A DNA stretch of 64,000 bases from Mesotaenium endlicherianum (lineage: Eukaryota), in NCBI GenBank assembly GCA_009602735.1, contig WELA01003638.1, positions 200,925 through 264,924 on the forward strand, written 5' to 3'. Below are positions 1-9,689 of this stretch, piece after piece. A program made the translations under genes and the position numbers. The notes under the pieces were generated by a model. The model had not been told where the DNA came from. It saw only the letters and a program-made list of their open reading frames with translations, and searched no databases. Positions within the stretch are counted from its first letter, which is position 1. Each line of letters starts with the position of its first letter.

Positions 1-629
1 TAAACGGCAAAAGGACAACACACTAGCAGTGAACAACACTTGTAAATCAAATGCGAGTGAACTAGCATCAATAATGTACTCAATAAACTCATACATAAGC
101 AAGGGTAGAAGACAGTGCGTATCAATGGCTTCCCGCCTTGGATTCAGATGCTCTCAGTAAGCGGTACAAGAGAGTTGCCCTCGTTTTCGAATGCCAAACT
201 CGAGAGCAAGACCTAGCATATGTACATGGAATGAGTTTACTGTTCAACGGCCAGTGCGATGGCACCGCCTACCCGGGAGTTAACCACGTTGGTAGGACCT
301 CGGTTAACCAAATCCACCGCCATCTCCCATCATCCCGAATCGCCATCCATCATAGGGATGTCATCTGGCCATTCATCTAGCGTATCACACTTAGATGAAT
401 ATCGAGGCAATTCGCTGCTACCGAGTACGGAAGTCAGCTGGCTGTCAAAGAATGTGTCAGCAGGCTGACTTAAGCTGACTTCAGCCTGCTGCTTTCGGCT
501 GAGTCATTAAACTGATATTAAATATAAGGTCCAGCACACTGATTATTAACTAGAGTTCAGCAGGCTGAACTTATTTAATTGTTTATATTTAAATGAATAT
601 TATATCAACCAATATACTGATTCATTACA
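1..629 (-). repeat. 3' LTR of family A element (partial)
   Basis: Matches 7860-8474 and ends TTCATTACA. The PPT AAGTTGGAGGGAT lies at 630-642 on the minus strand. Confidence 0.95.
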
Positions 630-739
630 ATCCCTCCAACTTAACATGTTGTCGCCTCAACAACATTGACACGGGGTACATAGGTTTCTACAAGTGAAAT
701 TACTGTTCCCTCTCCCATCCAGCATGCTGTGCTCTTGGC

Positions 740-2379
740 CCTCCGCCCTTAGGAGGGAGATGCCCCTGGGGCCCTATGGTCAAAGGAGTCAGTCCTCCTC
801 CTGTGCTGGGGTCTTCTGAAGCCTGTCAGAGAGGGAGGTTCCGTGTAGGGACCCGGCGGGGAACGCAGTAACTGTGCTGTTTCCTCCTGCACGGTCTGTA
901 ACTGAATGGAGGCAGCCTTCTCCTAGGCATCCTTCAAACTGACTGGTACATAAACTGGCATTCCAGAAGGATTTTACATGACATGAGCTAAGGGTCTATG
1001 CCCTCTCTGCGAGGGAGATGCCGACAGGCCTCTGGCTATTTCTCTAGCAGCCCTCCTGTCTGCCCTGTCTGACTGGGTCTCCGTGACCGAAGATGGGTTC
1101 TGTCCTCTGGCGGTTCCCAGCCAAGTGATATCCTCCTCAGGGCCAACCCCGTCTTCTCCCTTACAGGGGATGTGGCAGGTGTCAGGATCACGGCGGGGCT
1201 AGTGTCCTCCTCCTCGCCTTCCTCCTCGTCTTCCTCAGACTCCTCCTCCTCTCTGTCCCCGAGTTCCTCTGAGACTTCTGGGGTTTGTTCTGTCAGCTCC
1301 AGTTCTTCCCGAGAATAAGAATATCCCACACCTTCCCCTTTTGGGTGCTGGTGGGGGCTGCTAAGTCCGGACCGCATACAAGTCCTTTTCCCCCTGCTTG
1401 CTTGCCCATTTGGCATAAGCGTGCTTCCCTTTTGAGAATGACTCTCGGGCCCTGCTTCTGTCCCCTTGCATTTCATGGCTCATACAGTCTCTGACTCCAT
1501 CCAATCTTGGGTCCCAAGCCGCAATGTGAGGGGGCAATACTATGTTTCCCTTTAGGTCTGTCAGGAAATCCTCATCCGTCGCTGGTCCCTCATGTTGATG
1601 GTCATCCACCGCCAATCGGTGGGCTTTTGGAATAAGGCAGGGTCTGTCCTTTGAAGAGTACAAGGGTACCAGTGCCCTGCAAAGTCTAGCTGACTGGCCA
1701 AGAATTCCCTGCTCCTTCTCTCCACCTCATTATACATGGCCTTGAACCTGCTATGGGATGTAGAGTTCTTGAAGCTGTCCGCGTCCATGGGGATCATCCT
1801 GATGACCCTATCTTCCCCCCAGATACCAAGAATCGATACAGTCCCTGCTTTGTTCACCTGGGCCATTGCCTTGGCCTCTCTGACCGTATATCCTACCATC
1901 CTGGCGTAATCGTGGTAGAGGAGGAGCCCCGTGCTGACCTCTATATACTTGTCAACGTTTTCGGATTTCTCCCCTTCCCTATGGAGGATGTCCTTCTGTG
2001 ACTCACTGCGACTTCTCTGAGCATACTTGAAGGCCTCCTCCAGTAGATCGAAGCCCTTGCCCAGTACTGTGTAGCGGTAGCTGCTGATTCTCCTCTACTC
2101 TTCTTCAGCCTGCTGCTTCCGCTTCTCCTCAGCTTACCTCTCCTCCTTTGCTTTCTTGGCCTCCTCTGCAGCTTTTCTGTCCAGTTCTTCTTGCCTCAGT
2201 CTGGCCTGTTCCTCCTCCTCCTTCTTCTTGTGTGCCTCCCGCTGTTGTTGGAGTCGGTGTGATTCCCGAGCGGAGATGGAGGATGATTCGATGTCTCCAC
2301 ACAATTGCAAGAATTCTGCATGTGCCTCTCTCGCCCTTCTCTTCCTCTTGAGTTCCGACTTTTGAGTCATCCTGCTCAA
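740..2379 (-). pseudogene. Accessory ORF of unknown function between pol and 3' LTR (copy 1, type I), with stops and frameshifts
   Basis: ORF pieces 2134-2379, 1561-1899, 1361-1663 and 1036-1476 join into one protein homologous to 17361-18708 and 18754-19900. The 3' boundary is approximate; the MPVYVPVSL motif near 940-960 is shared with copy 3. Confidence 0.8.
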
Positions 2380-2666
2380 TCATAAACACAATGCAGTTAG
2401 TGAAGTCATGATATGTTGCCGCTACTGAGTGCCTTTAATGAACAGGAACGCAATCGGGAGAGTTCCTAGTGTGAAATACCTGGTGTGAGTGAATATAAGG
2501 GAAAATTGAGTTAGAGAGAAAGTGAGTGTGAGCGCAGGTTGAGTGTGTACCACGATTATCAGAGATTTTTCGGCTGATCCCAAAACAGAATACCACTCCC
2601 GCCAACTTAATTTTAAAGGTGGGCTGCCTGTCACAGTTGTCACTAACTGTTACATCCCCCTCCAAC

Positions 2667-5600
2667 TTATATGGAGACAGGACCTCCTGTCACCTTCCCA
2701 TGTCTACTGAAGGGATAGTTAGGGCGGTGCCCCAGCCGCCCGAAGGTGGAACCGTTTCAACGCCCCTTTGGCATTGGTCAGCTGGTCTTTAAATTCCCAA
2801 GTGTCCCCAGAGGCATCGTAACCCTTCCATCGGATGGGGTACTTCATGACATATTTAGACGATCGACGGACCGAGCGAGCGTCTAAAATCTCATCAACCT
2901 CATATTCCTCAGGATCGCCGTCCCGGACAGCGGGGACCGGTCTGGTTGGACAGGTAACCGACCTGTGAACAGTGTATCACCTTTGATGTATGGTTCCAGG
3001 AAGGAGACATTAAAGATCGGGTGACCCTTGTAGTCCGCTGACATGTTCAATTTGTAAGCATTCTGACCGACACGACGCACTACCGAATATGGACCTACCC
3101 AGACAGGGCCAAGCTTTATCTTGACCACACCAGGGAGGTACGGGATCTGAGAATGCAGTTTGACTAGATCGCCCTTAGAAAATGTCAGCTCCCGACGGTG
3201 TTGATTAGCGTAGTTTTTGTTGGTTTCCTTGGGCTTTGTGCAGGTTTTGTTGGATTTCTGACAGGGTGTTAGCAAACTCCTGAGTAAACCGGAGGGAGAT
3301 CGGATTGTCACTCCCTTTGGGGTCAATTAAAGACTCCCCCAGTACATCTAGAGGAGACTTAGCCCTGGTAGAGTCCCTAAGTTCAAAAGGAGTCTTGCCC
3401 GTTGACGCGTGCACCGCACTGTTGATCGCAAGTTGAATTTGAGGCAACAGGTCATCCCAATTACCTTGTTTTTGGTTAATATATGCTCTCAGCACCTCCT
3501 GCAGAACTCGGTTAGTCCTTTCAATCTGCCCATCGATCTGAGGGTGGTTTGCTGTGCTCAGCAGCTGTTTGACTCCCATTAACCCCATTAAAGCTCTCCA
3601 GAACTTAGAGGTAAATTTTGAGTCTCGGTCTGAGATGATATTAGAGGGTAGCCCATGTTGGCATACTACATGGTTGTAGAACTGTCCCGCTGGGATGGGC
3701 AGCGGTTGCAAGAGACCTCCCGGTGGTGAATGCCTAGACTTATTTCTTTGACACTGATCACACGACTTCACATATTTCAAGACCTCTCGGGGCAACCCCT
3801 CCCAATGATAATGTTTTGCCAGTTTGCCAACAGTTTTGGCCTGCTCCAAATGCCCACCCAGTAAACTGTCATGTGCTTGACTCAATAAAATGATCCTTAT
3901 TTCCAAGTTATTAGGAATGACCAGCTTCAACCTGCCTGAAGTGGTTTCAGTCACCCAAACCCCTCCCTTAAGTTTATACCCGAGTGCAGTAGCACGACAC
4001 ACACCAGTAGTGGGGCTGGGCTCAAATGTTGGGTCAGAAAGGTAGGCTTTCCTAAGTTGTTCAAGGAAGGACTTTTGCACCTTTAGTGAAGTGAGTGCAC
4101 ACAGGACTTTATCTACAGCATGCTGACTAAAGTTCCTTTCTTGCAAGTCAGGTCTTCTAGAGAGTGCGTCAGCAGGATTCAACTTCCCTGGTTTGTAGTC
4201 GATCTGGACTTGGAACTGCTCCAGCATCTGGCTCGAGCGGTTCTCTCTCCTCGACAACTTGGACTTCTTCTGAAAGTGAGTCAGAGCTAGATGATCTGTA
4301 ATCACCTTAAAAGCTTTACCACGTAAGTATGCTCTCCACTGTTTGAGCACATGAATGATAGCTAGCAGCTCTTTATCATGCACTGAGTAATTAATCTCCG
4401 CTGGATTAAATTTTATAGACGCGTACAACACAAGATGCCACTCCTGCCTTACCTTACCATCCTTTGTGGTTTTGTCCGCAGGCTGCAACAAAATAGCACC
4501 CATGGCAAAGTCAGAGGCATCAGTGACCACCTGCACCGGTTTGCTGGGGTCATACACGGCTAGCACTGGGGCAGAACAAAGGGCATCTTCAAGGGTCTGG
4601 AAGGCAGCCTGCTGCTCTTTCCCCCACACATATCCTATGTCTTTCTTAGTAAGGTCAGTCAGTTTACTGGCCTTTGTGGAATAATTCTCAATAAATCTCC
4701 TATAGTGATTAGCCAACCCGAGGAAGGATCTAACTTTAGAGACAGACTGTGGTACTGGCCAGTCCCTTATGGTCTGGACTTTCTTAGGGTCCACACTGAT
4801 GCCCTCTTTACTGACAACGTGGCCTAAGAATTCAATACTTTCCTTAAAGAAATCACACTTGCTCATTTTAGCATATAACTGATTTCTTCTCAGAATGTCC
4901 ACGACTGTCTTTAAGTGTTCAGCGTGCTGAGTCTCATCTTTAGAGAAAATTAAAATATCATCCAAGAAAACTCGCACAAATTTATCCAAATAAGGCATGA
5001 AAATGTCATTCATAGCACCCATGAAGGTTGCGGGAGCATTAGTAAGTCCAAATGGCATCACGTTGAACTCATACTGTCCATAACGTGTGCGGAAGGCAGT
5101 CTTGTGTTCATCCCCTTCAGCAATTCTGATTTGATGATAACCACTCTTGAGTACTATCTCACTAAACACCTTAGAACCACACAGGTTATCAAGCAAGTCC
5201 TCGATTCTGGGTAAAGCATACTTGTTCTTTACCGTAATTCTGTTCAGGGCGCTGTAATCCACACACATCCGCATACTGCCATCCTTTTTCGTATCAAATA
5301 GGATGGGTACGCCGTAAGGTAATTTACTCGGAGAAATATAACCATTTTTCTCAAGCTCTGCAATCTGTGTTTTCAACTCCTCGCTCTCCACATAAGACAA
5401 GCCATACGTGCGTTGCCAAGGTGGCTGACTCCCAGTTTGTAGATCAATCCTATGATCTACTTCCCTCTTAGGGGGTAGTCCTGGAGGTATATTAAATACA
5501 TCCGTGTACTGAGCAACGATTTTTGCAGCAGTAGGGTGCTCCGGAGGGCTTACCTTTTTCTCCACCACTTCTTCAGGTTGAGGAGGTACCTCTCTTAGCA

Positions 5601-7734
5601 GCAGACAGAACATTCTGTCTTCGTTCTGGTTCCAGCTTTTGACGAACTCCATTGCATTCAGCAACTTGCATCCTTCTGGAAGCCTCTTCTTTTCCTTCAT
5701 TTGCCATCCACACAGGACAAGAGGAAGAGCACTGGTGGGTGCCAAGTCAGTCTGCCCATCACTGGCTCCTCTCACTTTAACTGTACCTCTGCTCCAACAC
5801 ACTTCAGCTTGATGTCTATTAAGCCAGGACCTGCCTAGCACGAGATCATAAAAGCCAGTGTTGAGTACCTCAAATGTAAGCGTTTCAGTTAGAATTGCAA
5901 TGCCAGAACCTAACTGGACCTCAATAGGCTTGGTTATAACTCCTCCCGGGATACTTGAGGCATCTCCAAGGAATATTTTTCTATTCCCTTGGGTGACAGT
6001 AGGCAGCCTTAGCCGCTTAACTAAGTCCTTGTGGATAAAAGTATGTGACGTCCCTCTGTCAACAAATACCCTCACCTTCCTACCTGCAATCATGCAATGC
6101 AGTAGGATAGGGGGGACTGTCTTTTCTTGACTTTCGCATTGTTCTCCTGACTTAGCAAAGAAATGTTGGACATCAGGTGTGGGAGAAGAGCATCCAGAGT
6201 GTGACAACTAGTGATGACTTACTATCTCTAGCATCCTCACAGTCAGTAGACTGGATTGCTGACTGTTGCTGTCTTTTAAAGGCTGGTCTTTTCTCTCGAC
6301 TTTTGCGAGGTGCTTGTCTGGACACTGCTCTCTGAAGTGACCTGGCTGCTGGCAATGGAAGCAAATCGATTTTGCTCAGGCCGGTCTCGTCTTAGTCCTA
6401 CCACCACCTCTTCCTTAGCCGCCTCGAGGGAAATCACCTGTACCTCTAGACTGTATGGTATTATACTCATACTCATATTTATCACCTTGATCATCCTCAG
6501 CCTGGTCTCCTTCAATTGCATTGAAGGAACCGTGGGGCTTTTTGACAATCTTAGACACCAAAGCATTACTCTGGCGCTTGTGATTGAACTGCTGCTGATC
6601 CCAAGCATCAGCATCCTGGATCAAGTCAGCCAGTTTCTTATACTTCTTCTCAGCGAAATGACCAGAGACTTCGGATTTCAAGCCATACTTGAAGTATGCT
6701 ATCCTATACCGTTCTGGCAAGTCTGGCTGCTTCATCGTGTTCTCCTGAAATTTTTGAGCAAACTCAGCAACTGAAGTGGTCTGCTTCAGTGTCAAGGAGA
6801 TCATCGCATAGATAGCTTTCTCCTGCTGGTTTATGACATCAAACTTCTCATGCAACTTCTCAACAAACTCTACCCACGTAGGGTCACCGAGTTGCCGAGC
6901 CTTACGCTCTTCTTTCCAGTAAAGCCACCAGTCTGCGGCACTGCCTTTCAGTATCGCACCGGTATGCCTGACCTTCTCGTAATCTTGCAGTTCTAGGGAA
7001 ATCTCCAGCTACTGCTCAACATCCGCAAGAAACTTGATCAGGTAATATATTATGTTTCTCTCAGGATCATATTCGTGGGGAGGTTTCGACTTGGGCTTAC
7101 TAGGCCCTCGACCACCACCACTAGTGGTTTGAGACCCCAGTTGGTCTCTGTCCCGCGGTAGAGACATTATGATTCTTTTGTCCTCCTGTTGGGACTGATA
7201 CATGGTCGCCATTTGCGACTGCATTTGAACGAATAATGCTCCCAAGTCTACACTCTGGGGTGGTAGTCTAGCAGATGCAGCAGCAGCATTGGCATCTACT
7301 CGCTGAGTAGTGACCTCAACAGTCCCTCTCGCTCTTGCAGCAGCAATTCCTGCCGCATTCAGCCGGTCACGTATTTGACCTAGGGTTACATTGAGTTGTA
7401 CAGTAGGAGGTGGGTTCAGAACATTGGCCCTTGATGCCATAAGTTCTTCAACAGTGCGCTCGTCAGCTGGCTGTCCTTCCCTCCTTTCTGTATCTTCAGC
7501 GGCCTTTGCTAACTGTTCAGCTTCTAATCTGGCTCTCTCCTCCTCAGCATGCTGTGCTGCGACTGCGGCAATAGCAGCTGCCTCATCTGCAGCCTCTCTA
7601 GTTGCAGTATTTGCCACTGCTTCAGAATAGGTGCGGGTTTCGGCTACATGGCTTTCGGCCTGGTGTTTGACATTCTCGTTATCTTTGTTCTCCATGTCTC
7701 GGGAGTTGCTAGTTTGAGACCTCGTCCTTACCAT
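2667..7734 (-). pseudogene. gag-pol polyprotein of family A with C-terminal chromodomain (premature stops, frameshifts, integrase deletion)
   Basis: Gag and pol share one frame. Zinc knuckle CFHCQQPGHFREQC (~6320-6363), protease [17 protein letters not shown], RNase H TDASDFA, IN HHCC, chromodomain EYEVDEILD...WKGYDASGDTWE (~2790-2910). Stop at 2667-2669. Confidence 0.95.
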
Positions 7735-7755
7735 ACAAAGAAGACTGTGATAACT

Positions 7756-7767
7756 GCTCCGATACCA
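7756..7767 (-). promoter_or_regulatory. Primer-binding site (tRNA-iMet-like) of family A
   Basis: TGGTATCGGAGC one base inside the 5' LTR end; canonical plant iMet PBS is TGGTATCAGAGC. Confidence 0.85.
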
Positions 7768-7768
7768 C

Positions 7769-8474
7769 TGAAATGAATCAACTTACCAAGTAGGCAATTG
7801 ACAATGAATCAAGATCTTTATATCAGCAAGTAATCTTTATGGATTTTCCGTTAACTGATTAAACGGCAAAAGGACAACACACTAGCAGTGAACAACACTC
7901 GTAAATTAAATGCGAGTAAACTAGCATCAATAATGCACTCAGTAAACTCATACATAAGCAAGGGTAGAAGACAGTGCGTATCAATGGCTTCTCGCCTTGG
8001 ATTCAGATCTCTCTCAGTAAGCTGTACAAGAGAGTTGGCCTCGTTTCCGAATGCCGAACTCGAGAGCAATGCCTAGCATATGTACATGGAATGAGTTTAC
8101 TGTTCAACGGCCAGTGCGATGGCACCGCCTACCCGGGAGTTAACCACGTTGGTAGGACCTCGGTTAACCAAATCCACCGCCATCTCCCATCATCCCGAAT
8201 CGCCATCCATCATAGGGATGTCATCTGGCCATTCATCTAGCGTATCACACTTAGATGCATCTCGAGGCAGTTCGCTGCTACCGAGTACGGAAGTCAGCTG
8301 GCTGTCAAAGAATGTGTCAACAAGCTGACTTAAGTTGCTTCCGGCTGAGTCATTTAGCTGATATTAAATATGAAATCCAGCAAACTGATTATTAACTAGA
8401 GTTCAGAAGGCTGAACTTAATTAACTATTATATTTAAATGAATATTATATCTACATATATATTGGTTCATTACA
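7769..8474 (-). repeat. 5' LTR of family A element (706 bp)
   Basis: TGAAATGAA...TTCATTACA imperfect inverted termini; direct repeat of 1-629. Confidence 0.95.
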
Positions 8475-9344
8475 TGATCGTTGGTGCTGCCTGCTGCCCC
8501 GCGCGCTCAACATGCTCGACATGTTTGCCTCCTCCAGCTGCCGGCTGCGACTCCATAATATAATTTGCAAACTAGCCCACCTTCGATACCAGATGAAAGG
8601 GGCAAAGTGCCCTAGTGGAAGTGTAGTGATTCACGAGGAAAGGAACTAGTAGCTATCATACTAGAGAGTGCAGCGGCATATCACTAACAAAGCTTAGGAA
8701 AAATACTCAACATCTTGAGTAGCAAGAAACTGCTCACAAATGATGTAGGATTAAAGGCCTTGTCATTACAAACTCGTAGAAATTTACAGAAGTGAAAACT
8801 GATAAGAAACAAAGAAGTTATGCCTATTTATATTTTTTTGCCTAAGTGTCCCTCCCTAGGAGGAAGCTACGGATTTTCCTAAGTGTTCGTCAAATCGTCC
8901 CTTCCAGAATATTCGTGAGTAAGCCAGATCAGTCTAATCTGACGTGCCAGGCCGAATTGACGTCCACATACATGCATCGACATTACTAGAATATTCTATC
9001 TTAGACGCGCTAGGCTAAACCGAAACTTCCAGGTAAATCGACATAGTCGGCACTCCGCGTCAGCCGAACTTACGTGAAGGTTCGAGTTCATTCTAACGGG
9101 CCAGATCGCTCGACGCTGTCGGTCAATCCGACGGTCGNGGGTCGCGCTCACCGCGAATTAAAGACAGTCGTCAACCGACCTCAAAATTGATTAAACTTTG
9201 GAAATCCATAACTCTCTCAATACTTGACCAAATTCGATGAACTTTATATCAAAATGATCACAAAAATGCATTCTACACTACTATACAATCAAAACATACT
9301 TTCATGAAACTCAAATATGCACTTTGTAATCCTATGACCTTACA
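8475..9344 (-). mobile_element. 5' end of a family B element (LTR 8594-9344, degenerate PBS, gag start) interrupted by the family A insertion
   Basis: 8475-8593 matches ~28412-28529 (gag N-terminus MESQPAAGG and PBS). 8594-9344 (TGAAAG...CCTTACA) matches the B LTRs at 28530 and 23337. Confidence 0.93.
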
Positions 9345-9588
9345 AGATTTTTATATCAGCGAGTAGTTTTTATGATATTTTTTGTCAATAGATTAAACAG
9401 CAAAAAGACAACACACTAGCAGTGGACAATACTCGCAAGTCAAATGCAAGTAATCTAGCATCGATAATGCAATCAGTAAACTCACACATGAGCAAGGCTA
9501 GAAGACAGTGCATATCAATGGCTTCTCGCCTTGGATTCAGATGTCTCTCAGTAAGCAGTACAAGAGAGTTGGCCTCGTTTCCGAATGG
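9345..9588 (-). repeat. Family A LTR fragment, split by the family B insertion
   Basis: Aligns to ~7812-8055. Confidence 0.9.
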
Positions 9589-9689
9589 CGAATAATTAAA
9601 TATGATGCAATCATTTATCAAATAATATGATGAATAGTATAACGTACTATAGGTAATTGGGAAAACGTCCCAAATATGCCTAAAATAGC

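Larger units (their letters stand above)
1..8474 (-). mobile_element. Ty3/gypsy chromovirus-like LTR retrotransposon, family A, near full length (3' LTR cut by window start), decayed
   Basis: Direct LTRs at 1-629 and 7769-8474. PBS next to the right LTR, PPT next to the left LTR. Gag-PR-RT-RH-IN-chromodomain order on the minus strand. Confidence 0.95.

Noticed and set aside
138..468. Repeated small ORFs (also at 7851-8328, 14599-15091, 20560-20776)
   Set aside because: They lie inside family A LTRs; their recurrence reflects LTR copies and their stops vary.
7769..9344. Hammerhead ribozyme (retrozyme) in LTRs
   Set aside because: GAAAC is present, but I found no CUGANGA core with matching stems by eye on either strand.
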